A DNA stretch of 64,000 bases from an uncultured Gemmatimonadales bacterium (GCA_963844035.1 CAWJMT010000027.1:43215-107214), one strand, 5' to 3'; positions 1 to 12,092 are shown, numbered from the stretch's first letter. Numbers and translations: made by a program. The notes: generated by a model not told the origin, from the letters alone.

Positions 1-1
1 C

Positions 2-457
2 GCCGAGGAGCGCGGCCAGGCGGAAGCGATCGCCCGCAACCTGCTCGAGATGGCCGGGCTGCGCACCCCGATCATCGCCGCCGTCGTGGGCGAGGGTGGG
101 TCCGGGGGCGCGCTGGCGGTGGGGCTCGCCGACCGCGTGATCATGCTCGAGAACTCCGTGTACTCGGTCATCTCGCCCGAAGGGTGCGCCGCCATCCTCT
201 GGAAGGACGCGAGCCAGCGCGAGCGCGCCGCCGAGGCCCTCAAGCTCACCCCCGCCGACCTGCTCGAGCTCGGCGTGATCGACGAAATCGTGCCCGAGCC
301 GCCGGGGGGCGCGCACGCCGATCCCGACGCGGCCGCCGAATCGCTGGGCGACGCTCTGCGCCGGCACCTCCGCCAGCTCCGCCGCATCAAGGTCGAGAAG
401 CTGCTGCGGCGGCGTGAGGAGAAATACCTCTCAATGGGCGCGATGAGCGAGCCGTGA
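2..457 (+). CDS. accA: Acetyl-CoA carboxylase carboxyltransferase alpha subunit (3' part, truncated by window edge)
   Basis: AEERGQAEAIARNL, GEGGSGGALA and YSVISPEGCAAILW motifs. Confidence 0.96.
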   Translation, partial: AEERGQAEAIARNLLEMAGLRTPIIAAVVGEGGSGGALAVGLADRVIMLENSVYSVISPEGCAAILWKDASQRERAAEALKLTPADLLELGVIDEIVPEPPGGAHADPDAAAESLGDALRRHLRQLRRIKVEKLLRRREEKYLSMGAMSEP

Positions 458-468
458 GTTGATCCGCA

Positions 469-1993
469 GTGCCTAAGTTTTTCCTCACGACCGCGATCGA
501 CTACTCCAACGGCGAGCCGCATCTCGGCCACGCCCTCGAGAAGATCGGCGCCGACTGCATCGCCCGGTACCGGCGGCTGTGCGGGGACAACGTCCATTTC
601 CTCATGGGCATGGACGAGCACAGCCAGTCGGTGATCCAGGCTGCCGCCCGCACGGGCGGCACGCCGCAGGGGTGGGTCGATGCGATGGCCGACACGTTCG
701 CCACGTATTGGAAGCGCCTCGAGTGCAGTCACGACGACTGGATCCGCACCACCGAGCCGCGGCACGCGCGGGCCGTCCCCGCCCTGCTCGAGCGCATCCG
801 GCAGCGGCGCCCCGACGACCTGTTCGAGGCGGAGTACACCGGGCTCTACTGCACCGGGTGCGAGGAGTTCAAGACCGACGCGCAGATCGTCGACGGCCAC
901 TGCATCGAGCACCCCACACTCGCGCTCGTCCCGACCAAGGAGCGGAATCACTTTTTTCGGCTGAGCGCGTACCGCGACGCGGTGCTCGAGCGCATCCGCT
1001 CGGGCGCGTTCCGGGTCGAGCCCGAGATCCGCCGCAACGAGGTCGTGCGCCTGCTCGAAGCCGGCCTCCAGGACATTTCGATTTCGCGGCAGCGGCTGGC
1101 GTGGGGCATCCCGTTCCCCGGCGACCCGCAGCAGACCGTGTACGTGTGGTTCGACGCGCTCATCAACTATCTCTCGGCAACCGGATTCCCCGACGCGGGG
1201 TTCGAGCGGCTCTGGCCCGCCGACCTGCACGTCGTCGGCAAGGGGATCACGCGGTTTCACTGCGTGATCTGGCCCGCGATGCTGCTCGCCGCCGATCTCC
1301 CGCTCCCGCGCGAGGTGTGGGGGCACGGCTACGTGCAGTGGGCTGGCGACGAAGATGAGCAAGACGGCCGGCACGGCAGTCACGCTGGGGGATGCGATCG
1401 AGCGCCATGGCGCCGATGCACTGCGCTACTTCCTGTTGCGCGAGATCGGGTTCGAGGGCGACGGGGATTTCACATGGGAGCGGTTCGACGCACGCTACGC
1501 GTCGGAGCTCGCCAACACGCTCGGCAACCTGGTGTCGCGCTCGCTCTCGATGATCCACCGCTACCGCGGCGGCACCGTGCCGCGCGCGGCGGCCAGCGTC
1601 GGGTCGGCGTTCGACACCGAGGTCCGCCAGGCGGTCTCTGCGTACGCCGAGAGTATGAACGCCACGCGCCTGCATGACGGCGCGGCGCAGATGATGAACA
1701 TCGCCGCCAGCGCGAACCGCTACATCGAAGAAACCGCCCCCTGGAAGCTCGCCAAGCAGGAGGCGCATGCCGAGCTCGACGTCGTGCTCGCCAACCTGGC
1801 GCGCGTGATGGTGCGGTTGGCGATCCTCGCCCACCCGTTCATCCCTGAGAAAGCAGCCGCGATCTGGAACGCGGCCTGTCCGGGCATTTTGCTCGGGCCC
1901 GCTTCACTCCGCGAGGGAATGGGGGGCATCGAGGGGCGCGCCGTGGGTAAACCCCCCATCCTTTTCCCGAAGCCTGAAGCTGATTCCGCCTAG
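469..1993 (+). CDS. metG: Methionyl-tRNA synthetase (apparent frameshift near 1345)
   Basis: HLGH (HIGH-like), YCTGCEEF knuckle, YVWFDAL; KMSK motif split between ORFs 469-1677 and 1355-1993. Confidence 0.93.
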
Positions 1994-2174
1994 CGCCCGG
2001 AAGGGCGTGATGTGGCTCACTTATTGCGTATTTGACGGTCCAATCGGGGAGGCGTATCTTTGCTTCCCCTTGTTTGTGGCCGGATCCCGCCCTGTCCGGA
2101 TATGGGTTGTCGCAGCACTGCACCGCCTTCTACCGGCGGGAGCTTTGACGTCGAACAGAGGTGCCACAACACCG

Positions 2175-3113
2175 ATGGGCAAACGCGCGGAACGACGCTG
2201 GACTGTCATGTTGGTGCCACACGGCTCGGGAGCCTCTCGAGCGGTGGAGGTGTCGCACACGGTCGTGAAAGTGCTGCTGGGGCTGGCCAGCGTTGTCACG
2301 CTCGTCGTCTCGGTGCTGGGCGTCGCGGCGATCGCGCGCGGCGTGAACATCACGCGCAACCGCACACTCGAGCGGGAGAACCGCGTGCTCGCGGGTGAGA
2401 TCGCGCGCATGCAGGACCGGCTCGTCGGCCTGCGCGACACCATCAACTCGATCGGCGTGCGCGAGCAGGAGCTGCGGCTCCTCGCCGGCCTCAACGCGAC
2501 CGACGCCGGCGTCCGCCAGGGCGGTATCGGCGGACCCACGGGCAGCTGGTCGGAGCGCGATTCACTGGCGGCGCTCGGACCCAACGGTCAGAAGGCGCTC
2601 GCCGCGCGCATGGACGTCGACGGTCTCATCCGCCGCGCGAATATTCTGGTGCGCTCCGTGAGCGAAGCACGCGACTCGCTCTCGAGCCATCAGGCGCGCT
2701 TCGCGGCGACGCCGTCCATCATGCCGACCAAGGGATGGCTCTCGAGCGCGTTTGCCTCGGAGCGCTCGCACCCGATCCTCCACCTGACCCGCCCGCATGA
2801 AGGCATCGACGTCAGCGCACCCATGGGCGCCGAAATCGAAGCGCCGGCGTCGGGCGTCGTGGCCGACATCAAGTGGCAGGAGGGCTACGGCAACCTGCTC
2901 ACGATCGACCACGGGTACGGCCTCGTGACGCGCTACGCCCACTGCTCCAAGATTCTCGTCGTCCGCGGCCAGCGCGTGAAGCGCGGCCAGAAAATCGCCC
3001 TCGTCGGCTCGACCGGGTTGTCCACCGGCCCGCACGTGCACTACGAAGTGTGGGTGAACGGCAAGGCGGTCGATCCGAAAAAGTTCGTGCTGCCGGATGC
3101 GATCGTAGACTGA
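2175..3113 (+). CDS. M23 family metallopeptidase with N-terminal TM/coiled coil
   Basis: HEGID, YAH and STGPHVHYEV motifs; ATG at 2175 chosen as the likely start. Confidence 0.9.
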   Translation: MGKRAERRWTVMLVPHGSGASRAVEVSHTVVKVLLGLASVVTLVVSVLGVAAIARGVNITRNRTLERENRVLAGEIARMQDRLVGLRDTINSIGVREQELRLLAGLNATDAGVRQGGIGGPTGSWSERDSLAALGPNGQKALAARMDVDGLIRRANILVRSVSEARDSLSSHQARFAATPSIMPTKGWLSSAFASERSHPILHLTRPHEGIDVSAPMGAEIEAPASGVVADIKWQEGYGNLLTIDHGYGLVTRYAHCSKILVVRGQRVKRGQKIALVGSTGLSTGPHVHYEVWVNGKAVDPKKFVLPDAIVD

Positions 3114-3147
3114 CGGGAGGGCGGGAAGGCGGGAGGGCGGGAAAAAA

Positions 3148-3184
3148 GAAATGGGGGCCCCGGATCACCGGAGCCCCCATTTCA
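3148..3184. terminator. Probable bidirectional intrinsic terminator between convergent genes
   Basis: GAAATGGGGGC-CCGG...CCGG-AGCCCCCATTTC hairpin with A-rich and T-rich flanks. Confidence 0.75.
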
Positions 3185-3187
3185 TTT

Positions 3188-3214
3188 CTAACCGTCTAAC
3201 CGCCTAACCGTCTA
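3188..3214. repeat. (CTAACCGY)x3 octamer array overlapping the lemA stop codon
   Basis: ctaaccgt ctaaccgc ctaaccgt cta. Confidence 0.8.
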
Positions 3215-3766
3215 GAAACTGACCTTCGGTGCCTTCTCCGCTCCGGCTTCTGCCTCGAAGTACGGTCGCGGCCCTTTCCCGATCACCTTCGCCGTCAGCA
3301 CCGCGGGGAACCGGCGGATGTAGGCGTTGTAGCGATTCACCGCCTCGTTGTAGTCCTGCCGCGCCACCGCCACCCGGTTCTCGGTCCCTTCGAGCTGATC
3401 CTGCAGGGCACGAAAATTCTCGTTCGACTTGAGCTGCGGATAGTTCTCGGCGATCGCGAGCAGTCGGCCGAGCGGCGCCGTCAATGCAGCGTTCGCCGCG
3501 GCCATCTGTTCCACGTTGTTGGACTGCACGGCACCGGACAGCTTGGCCCGCGCTTCCGCGACCTCCGTGAAGATCGTCATTTCCTGCTTCGCGAATGCCT
3601 TGACCGTCTCCACGAGATTGGGGATCAAGTCCGCCCGGCGCTGCAGCTGGACCTTGATCTGTCCCTCGGCCGCGTTGACCTGCTCGTCGTACGTCTGAAT
3701 CGTGTTGTACCCGCACCCCGTCGTCAGGGCGAGCGCTACCAGCAACCACCGCATCCGTAGGTTCAC
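3212..3766 (-). CDS. lemA: LemA family lipoprotein
   Basis: GCGYN, QRRADLIPNLV, ENYPQLKSNENF, LEGTENRVAVAR. Confidence 0.95.
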   Translation of the reverse strand: MNLRMRWLLVALALTTGCGYNTIQTYDEQVNAAEGQIKVQLQRRADLIPNLVETVKAFAKQEMTIFTEVAEARAKLSGAVQSNNVEQMAAANAALTAPLGRLLAIAENYPQLKSNENFRALQDQLEGTENRVAVARQDYNEAVNRYNAYIRRFPAVLTAKVIGKGPRPYFEAEAGAEKAPKVSF

Positions 3767-3781
3767 GAGTGCATCACTCCT

Positions 3782-4492
3782 CTAGGTGAGACCGTTGACA
3801 AACTCAGCCGTCCGTGCCACCGCGGCCAGGTACGCCCCCGCCCGGGGGTCGCGCGGCGCGAGCGCAAGCCGCGCCCGGCCCGCGGCGTGCGCCACCAGAT
3901 CCTCGAGCGCGGCCGCGGAAAACCCCGCGACCGCTCCCGCCTCCCGCACGACGTCTTCGGATGCGGCGGGCACTGCGCGCCCGGTGAGGCGCAACAGGCT
4001 GCGCAGCATCGTGAAGAACCCCGCCCCGCTCCCGACGACCACCTCCGTCAACCGCTTCGAGTCGCTCCCCGCCGCGGCGTACGCCTGCCGCAGACGGATG
4101 AGCTTGCCGACCAGCTCGAACTCGAGCTGGCGCCGCAGATCCTCGCGCCGGACCGTGATCCCCTGCCACGGGTCCCGGCCGGCCAGCAGACGGTGCGCCT
4201 GGCGTATCTCCTCGTACTCGATCGCGAACGCGTCGCTCGAGGCCCGCCACTCGCGCTCGGTAAAGATCAATGGCGCCGGATTGCCGGCGCGGGTCCACGT
4301 GCGCACCGCCGGCTCGAGCGCCGCGAACAGGGCCTCGTCCACCGCGTCGCACACGAGCAATGTGTTCACGTCCGAACGTCCGGCCACATGCGTCCCGCGC
4401 GCGGCCGATCCGTAGAGGAGCAGCGACCCGAGTCGGGCCCCGAGCGCCTTGGCAACGTCCTGCGCAAACGTTTCCGCCGTGACTGCCGCCAT
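3782..4492 (-). CDS. Nucleotidyltransferase-domain protein
   Basis: LLLYGSAARG...SDVN pol-beta NTase-like motif; sits in the TPM/LemA cluster. Confidence 0.8.
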   Translation of the reverse strand: MAAVTAETFAQDVAKALGARLGSLLLYGSAARGTHVAGRSDVNTLLVCDAVDEALFAALEPAVRTWTRAGNPAPLIFTEREWRASSDAFAIEYEEIRQAHRLLAGRDPWQGITVRREDLRRQLEFELVGKLIRLRQAYAAAGSDSKRLTEVVVGSGAGFFTMLRSLLRLTGRAVPAASEDVVREAGAVAGFSAAALEDLVAHAAGRARLALAPRDPRAGAYLAAVARTAEFVNGLT

Positions 4493-4494
4493 CG

Positions 4495-5266
4495 TTAGAA
4501 CTTGCCTCCCGCGCCGCCACCCGAGAATCCGCCGCCACCGCCAAATCCGCCAAACCCGCCGCCGAAACCGCCGCCCCCTCCCCCGCCCCAGCCACCCCTT
4601 CCGCCACCGCGACCACCCGAATCCACCAGCAGGAGCGGCAGGAACAGCCCGCGCCGGCGACTGAGGAAGAACAGCACGAGGAGAAACAGCAGCAGCTTGA
4701 CCACCGCTGGCATCCCGGGGGCGTGCTCGCCTTCCGCGGGAACGGGTACGCCGGTCAGCGTGACGCCGAACTCCGCCGCGAAGGCCTGGGCGATGAGATC
4801 CACGCCCGTGCTGAGACCCGCGCCATAGTCTTCGCGCGCCAGGAACGGCCCCATGGCGTCGCGGATCCGGCCCGACGCGCGCGTCGGGAAGAAACCCCTC
4901 AGCGCCCCGCCCGGTGGAGATGAACAGGTCCCCGGTGCCCGCCCGATGGTCGTGCCGTGGCACGAGCAGCATCACGATCCCGAGGTTCTTTCGCGGATCG
5001 CCCGCCTCCCCCTTGGCACCCACCCCCCAGTCGCGCCCGATCTTGAGGGCGACATCGCTCGCCTCCCGACCGCCGAGATCCGGCCATGTCACGACCGCGA
5101 TCTCGCCGCCCGTCTTCTGGCGCACCTCGGCGATCACGTCTTCCATGTGCGTCACGGATTCGGGGGCCAGCACGTGCGCGAAATCGTTGACGTAGCCCAC
5201 GGGGGCGGGGACGGCGACCTGAACGAAGAGGACGAACGCGAGGGCGACCACGATGTGCGGAAACAT
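4495..5266 (-). CDS. TPM domain protein with Gly-rich tail (frameshift near 4870)
   Basis: GYVNDFAHVL, EIAVVT, WGVG, GRGAEGFLPD; GGFGGFGGGGGFSGGGAGGKF tail in a second frame. Confidence 0.85.
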
Positions 5267-5298
5267 AATGCCAGTAGCGCCATCACCGGCCAGTCGCT

Positions 5299-6009
5299 AT
5301 GGTAGTGCCGACCCGCAATCGTCGGCCTTCCATGGATTTGCAAGGAGATCCAGTGCCCAGGATCTACGGTCCGCTGTCGCTCTCGCTCGGGCTCCGCGTC
5401 TGCGTCCTCGCCTGCGCACTGTCTGGTCTGGCGCGCGACGCATTCGCCCAGGCCGACCGCGCGACCGCCCGGTCCAAGGGCCGCCCGGACGCGCCCATCA
5501 CGATCTACGTCATGTCGGACTTCCAGTGCCCGTTCTGCCGCGACTTCGCGCTCACGACGATGCCGACATTGGAGCGCGAATACATCAAGCCCGGCAAGGT
5601 CCGGTTCACATTCGTCAACTATCCCCTCACGAGCATTCACCAGCACGCCGTCGCCGCCGCCGAGGTAGCGATGTGCGCCGCGCTGCAGGGAAAGTTCTGG
5701 CCCGTGCACGACCGGCTGTTTCAGCGCCAGGAGCAGTGGGCCGAACAACAGGACGCCGGTCCCTATTTGCTCGCGCTGGCGGATTCGGCCGGTGTGAACC
5801 ATGCCCAGCTTGCCGAGTGCGTGAGCACCCACGCGACGCGATCCGCCGTCGAGGCCGACGCCGCCGCCTCGGTCCGGGCGGGCGCCCGCAGCACCCCAAC
5901 GTTCTACATCGAGGGAGGACTCATCGATGGCGCCGCCCCGATCGCGGCGTTCCGCGAGATCCTCGACTCGGTCTACCAGGTGAAGACCGCCGCGCCAGCG
6001 CGTCACTGA
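5299..6009 (+). CDS. DsbA family thioredoxin-fold protein (true start may be somewhat downstream)
   Basis: SDFQCPFC, STPTF. Confidence 0.9.
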   Translation: MVVPTRNRRPSMDLQGDPVPRIYGPLSLSLGLRVCVLACALSGLARDAFAQADRATARSKGRPDAPITIYVMSDFQCPFCRDFALTTMPTLEREYIKPGKVRFTFVNYPLTSIHQHAVAAAEVAMCAALQGKFWPVHDRLFQRQEQWAEQQDAGPYLLALADSAGVNHAQLAECVSTHATRSAVEADAAASVRAGARSTPTFYIEGGLIDGAAPIAAFREILDSVYQVKTAAPARH

Positions 6010-7326
6010 TGGCCCGCCCTTCCATCTTGTACCGCCTCAGCGTCCGGCTGGCCGGCAAGGCAGCCCCGTTCGCGGCGCGCTTCGACAAGAAGCTCGCCCG
6101 CGGTCTGGACGCGCGGCGTGGTCTGGTGGACCGCTTCGAGGCCTGGGCGAAGGACCATCGCGATCACAAACGGCCGCTCGTGTGGGTCCACGCGCCATCA
6201 GTCGGGGAAGGCCTGCAGGCGAAGCCCGTGCTCGAAGCGTTGCGGGTGGCGCAGCCCCACTGGCAGCTCGCCTACACGTTTTTCTCGCCGTCCGCGGAAC
6301 GGCTGGCCCGGACGCTCCCCGCCGACGTCACCGACTATCTGCCCATCGACCGCCCGCACGACGTGAAAGCCGTGCTCGCGGCGTTGCAGCCGACCGCGCT
6401 CGTGTTCTCGAAGCTCGACGTGTGGCCGGAGTTGACGCTCGCCGCGGCGCGCCGCGGGGCAAAGCTGGGACTCATCTCCGCCACCGTCGCACCCGCAAGC
6501 TCACGGCTGCGCTGGCCCGCCCGCGGATGGGGACTCCCCGCCTATCGCGCCATCGACCGGATCGGAGCGATCAGCGAGGAGGATGCGCGGCGGTTGGAGC
6601 AGCTCGGGGCCAGGCGCGAGGTCATCGTGGTGACGGGCGACACGCGCTACGACAGCGTCGCGGAGCGGGCCGAGCGGTTCGACCGCACGCGGGAGCCGTT
6701 TCTTCGCCTCAGCACGGTGGGCGACAAAGTGTTCACGATCGTGGCCGGGTCCACCTGGCCGGGCGATGAAGAGGTGGTGCTGGCCGCGTTCGCCGATCTG
6801 CGCGCGCAAGTGCCCGCGGCCCGGCTGATCCTCGCGCCGCACGAGCCAAACCCCGATCACCTGGCCGGCATAACGCTCCGCACCCAGGCGCTCGGGCTCC
6901 CGCGGCCCGTGCGTCTCTCGCAACTGGAGCACGCGCGGCCCTCCCCGGTCATCGTGGTGGACCGCGTCGGCACGCTGGCGGACCTCTACGCGCTCGCGGA
7001 CGTCGCGTTCGTCGGGGGAGGGTTCCACCGGGCGGGGTTGCACTCGGTGCTCGAGCCCGCGGTGTTCGGAGTTCCGGTCGTGGTGGGGCCGCATTGGCAG
7101 ATGAGCCGGGACGCCCACCTCTTGATCGAGCGCGGCGGCGCGGTGGCGCTCCCGGCGGATGGACGCCAGCCCCTGCACTCGCAATCGCTCGTCTGGTTTC
7201 ACGATCCGGCGGCACGCCGCAAAGCGGGCGCGGTGGGACAGCAGGTGGTGCGGGAGGGGCGCGGCGCGGCGGAGCGAACCACCGCGCTGGTACTCGCGAT
7301 GGTGCGGGACGCGGTGCGAGCGCTAA
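6009..7326 (+). CDS. waaA: 3-deoxy-D-manno-octulosonic acid transferase (3' end uncertain; the ORF as given runs to 7607)
   Basis: WVHAPSVGE, GDTRYD, AGSTW, AFVGGGF...HSVLEPA. Confidence 0.85.
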
Positions 7327-7724
7327 GGCGTTTCGGGCGGCGCGACTGGCGCCGGCGCTTCCTTTCCGACCACCACACCCTCGTAGGTCACCGAGCGGGG
7401 CGCGACGAGTCCCGCGGTAATCACGGTGAAAAACACGTCGCTGAAGCGACTGCGGACGTGGATCTTCAGGCTCGCGATGGACGCGTTCTTGCCGAGCTGG
7501 CCCGCCAGCAGATCTTCTATGTTGGCACCGCCCATGGAGAACATGCCCCAGATCAGATACACCGGATGTCGGGTGATCTTGAACTGGTTCCCGGCCGGCT
7601 GGGGTAAGATGGGCTCCGCCATGGTGGCGGTGACGCCGAGGTGCGACGCATCAAATTTGGAAGCGCAGCCGCTCGGCGACAGCGCCAGCGCGACGAGGGT
7701 CGCGCCTGCAAGAATGCGTTTCAC
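7323..7724 (-). CDS. Small lipoprotein, Bor/Iss-like
   Basis: Signal peptide with lipobox-like SGC; YLIWG and ITAGLVAPRSVT resemble the Bor family. Confidence 0.55.
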   Translation of the reverse strand: MKRILAGATLVALALSPSGCASKFDASHLGVTATMAEPILPQPAGNQFKITRHPVYLIWGMFSMGGANIEDLLAGQLGKNASIASLKIHVRSRFSDVFFTVITAGLVAPRSVTYEGVVVGKEAPAPVAPPETP

Positions 7725-7804
7725 ACGGCTCCTGGGGAGACGAATGGGCGCGCTGGGAGCAGCGCGCACCAAAGGTAGTCGCTGAATATGCCCTTGTGAA
7801 CCCG

Positions 7805-8443
7805 TCAGAGACCGAACGCCGGCCGGAACGAGAGGTGTGCGCCGATGCCGAACGTAGTGGTATGTCCCCCGCCCTCCAGGTTCTCATAGTCCATCGCCGC
7901 GTGGATCCCCAGCATGCCGAACCCGACGGTCAGACCGCCGGCCACGCCGAACTGCGTGCTCGTTGAGGCAGCGTTCGTCACGCGGACGCCGGGGGCGATC
8001 CACGGCTCGAGGCTCACGCCGGGTGCCGGAAGGTCGACCGCGAACCCCACTGCGCCGGTCCAGCGCGTCGTCGTGACGCTCGCCACACTGTAGGACGCGA
8101 ACCCGCCCTGCAGGTTCATGGACACGGGCATCAACGACCCGCCGATCAGCCGCAGGGCCCCGGTGCCGCCCCACTCAGTGACGCTGCCCGAGGCTCCGTC
8201 CGCGTCCCGCGTGCCTACCGTCGCACTGACCGTCAGCACGCTCATCCCGAACACCACGCGCCCCGCGTACGTGGAGCCACCCCCGCCGCTCGAATCGGGC
8301 GAGCCGTAGTCCGCGGCGAATGTGAGTCCAGTTCCGCTGCGCGGACTATTCCACACGGGCATGCCGGCGAGCTGGGCGGCCGCACGCCCCGGTGCGGCGA
8401 GTGCGGCCCCAGCAACGCAGACCAACAGAAGAGCGCGCTTCAT
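7805..8443 (-). CDS. Outer-membrane beta-barrel protein
   Basis: Signal peptide plus alternating amphipathic beta-strands. Confidence 0.7.
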   Translation of the reverse strand: MKRALLLVCVAGAALAAPGRAAAQLAGMPVWNSPRSGTGLTFAADYGSPDSSGGGGSTYAGRVVFGMSVLTVSATVGTRDADGASGSVTEWGGTGALRLIGGSLMPVSMNLQGGFASYSVASVTTTRWTGAVGFAVDLPAPGVSLEPWIAPGVRVTNAASTSTQFGVAGGLTVGFGMLGIHAAMDYENLEGGGHTTTFGIGAHLSFRPAFGL

Positions 8444-8480
8444 GAATCGTCCTCCACCTGCGAGAAGGTATCCAGCGTGC

Positions 8481-9086
8481 CTAGCGCAGCCAGACGGCGC
8501 CGAGCGACACGCCGTCGAAATCACCGATGCCGGCGCTGATCCGTAGGTCGAACCTGCGACTCAACCTCAAGTCAACGCCGAGCCCCAAGGTAAACTGGAC
8601 GTCCGTACCAGCGTCGTTAAAGACGAGCCAGGTGGTCGGCTGCACGTACGGTACGATAACCATTGAGGAGTCCTTCGGCTGCACCCGGCGGCCGAGGGAC
8701 AGGCCCAACGGAACAGTTACCACCCAAGTGTCACCGAAGTTGGTACCGACGCCGACCGTGATCGCCCCGTCCAACGGAAAGTCCTCCGTCTGCTTGATCA
8801 CGCGCTGGCGCGCTTCGACACCCAGGAGTCCGATCGCGTCGGCGCTGTCTCCCGGCGAATACATGCCCCCGCGCAGGCCCAGGTCGAAGTTACCGCGCGC
8901 GCGGCGGTACACGCCTTCGAACGCGACGCCGTTGCCGTTCGGAAAGCTCACGACGGCGCCGATCTCCGATTTCGTGAACGCCCGGTACGGCGCGCTGAAC
9001 GACGGCGTGCTCGTCGACTGTGCGCTCAGCGGGGCGATGAGACCAAGAGCGAGCCCGGCGATCAGCAACGTCTTCTGGTGCCGCAT
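8481..9086 (-). CDS. Outer-membrane beta-barrel protein
   Basis: Signal peptide, amphipathic strands, aromatic residue near the C-terminus. Confidence 0.7.
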   Translation of the reverse strand: MRHQKTLLIAGLALGLIAPLSAQSTSTPSFSAPYRAFTKSEIGAVVSFPNGNGVAFEGVYRRARGNFDLGLRGGMYSPGDSADAIGLLGVEARQRVIKQTEDFPLDGAITVGVGTNFGDTWVVTVPLGLSLGRRVQPKDSSMVIVPYVQPTTWLVFNDAGTDVQFTLGLGVDLRLSRRFDLRISAGIGDFDGVSLGAVWLR

Positions 9087-9187
9087 GGTACCGTCCTCAG
9101 TTGGTTATGGGGAAGATGCTGAGACAAGTACCCGAGGGTCGCGGTGGCGTTCCCTCACAGGGTCGGACGCAACGCTTGGATTCGACA

Positions 9188-9316
9188 TCAGTGCCAGAAC
9201 GACAAACCGATCCTCGTGCCGAGGGTCACGTTGCTTGGGTGGCCGCCCCCCCCGAACATGTAGCCGAGGAAGCCCTCGAACCGCGCCGCCGAGGAGCCGA
9301 ACTCGTCCTCCTGGTG
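9188..9316 (-). pseudogene. C-terminal remnant of a paralog of the 9453-10034 barrel
   Basis: FGSSAARFEGFLGYMF...LGTRIGLSFWH versus FGSAATRIEAFLGYAF...LGTRIGLSFWR. Confidence 0.7.
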
Positions 9317-9452
9317 TGTGCGAGCTGACCCAACTACCCGAATGGTCAGCGACGCGTTCCCAGTGAGGACCGGACGCAACACGGCCCGCCCACAGAGTGG
9401 ACGGGCCGCGTGATGAGGTGTGACATCGCTCACGCCGTATTGGCCCAAACGA

Positions 9453-10034
9453 TCAACGCCAGAATGACAAGCCGATGCGAGTCCCGAGAGAGAAACTGCT
9501 CGGCAAAGCGTCGCTCTCGAACGCATAGCCAAGGAAGGCCTCGATACGTGTGGCCGCACTGCCGAACGGTATGCGCTTCCCCACGCCGGCACCGAGCGAG
9601 AATTGCGACCCGCTCCCGCCGCCGAGATCATAGAACGACATGCCCACGCCGCCCGTGATGTACGGCGCGCGCACCAGCTTGTACGGCCCGCTGCCGGCCT
9701 TCAGGCGATACAGCACATTGAGGCCGGGCGTGACCGTGTAGGTGGTGGCGCCGATCGTGGTGAGCAAGAAGCTGAGACGTGGCTCCCACATCAGCTTCTT
9801 GTGGGTGAGGAAGCCCATGCGAACGTCCACGGGCAGGCCCATGTTGATGCCGCCATCCACGTCCGACGGCTTGGTGTATGAGGCCGCAAAATCGCCCCCC
9901 AACTCGTAGCGGGGACTGGATGTCGTGCTGGCCGTGGTCTTCGTGTTGGCTGGGGTCTTCTTCTGCGCCGACGCGGGCGCGGACGACATGGCGAGACACC
10001 CAACCAACAACGCACAGCCGAGGAGCTTGACCAT
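9453..10034 (-). CDS. Outer-membrane beta-barrel protein
   Basis: AGGAGG RBS, signal peptide, amphipathic strands (PYITGGVG), C-terminal GLSFWR. Confidence 0.8.
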   Translation of the reverse strand: MVKLLGCALLVGCLAMSSAPASAQKKTPANTKTTASTTSSPRYELGGDFAASYTKPSDVDGGINMGLPVDVRMGFLTHKKLMWEPRLSFLLTTIGATTYTVTPGLNVLYRLKAGSGPYKLVRAPYITGGVGMSFYDLGGGSGSQFSLGAGVGKRIPFGSAATRIEAFLGYAFESDALPSSFSLGTRIGLSFWR

Positions 10035-10194
10035 AACGGTTCCTCCTTGGATGAGTACGTGTGCTGGTGATCCCTAGGGCGCCTCAATAAGCGCCCTACC
10101 TCTAAGACACGGCCTTCGTTCTGTCAAGTGTTTTCCACACACACGACCACACCACGCACGGTTACACCGTGCCCCGAAAGAGGCCGGACGCAAG

Positions 10195-10222
10195 ACGGCC
10201 CGTCCATAGTGTGGACGGGCCG
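10195..10222. terminator. Hairpin downstream of atpC (putative terminator)
   Basis: ACGGCCCGTCCA-tagtg-TGGACGGGCCGT inverted repeat. Confidence 0.55.
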
Positions 10223-10281
10223 TATCAGGCCGATGTGATCCTTCTCACGATGACGTGGGCCGCGGGTCTCGTTCCGACCGG

Positions 10282-10530
10282 TCAGGTGGTTTCGGCGTGA
10301 TCGGCCACTACACGCACGGTGTTGTCCGCCACCTGCAGGAATCCACCTGCAATCTTGAACGCGCTGGTGGCGCCGGCGTGACGCACCCGCAGCACGCCCT
10401 CGCCGAGCAGCGTCAGGAACGGCGCGTGGCGGTTCAGGATACCGACCAGTCCGTCGTACGCGGGCGCGACCACGGATTCGGCCTCGCCGTCGAAGACGGC
10501 CCGCTCGGGAGAGATCACTTTGACGTGCAC
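10282..10530 (-). CDS. atpC: F1 ATP synthase epsilon subunit (short form, no C-terminal helices)
   Basis: VISPE, GILNRHAPFLT, GGFLQV; directly follows atpD. Confidence 0.93.
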   Translation of the reverse strand: MHVKVISPERAVFDGEAESVVAPAYDGLVGILNRHAPFLTLLGEGVLRVRHAGATSAFKIAGGFLQVADNTVRVVADHAETT

Positions 10531-10535
10531 GCGGA

Positions 10536-12005
<1,470 letters not shown>

Positions 12006-12092
12006 TCAGGTATCAGGTATCAGGTGTCAGGTGTCAGAGCCGGTGTCTGCGTCAGGGAGACCCTGACACCTGACACCTGGCACCCGACACCT
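12006..12092. repeat. Inverted heptamer arrays (GGTRTCA)n ... (CCTGACA)n in the atpG-atpD spacer
   Basis: About 4 units per arm, 12006-12037 and 12062-12092. Confidence 0.85.

Noticed and set aside
3782-5266. 494-aa TPM-nucleotidyltransferase fusion
   Set aside because: The TPM Gly-rich tail and stop (4495) lie in another frame.
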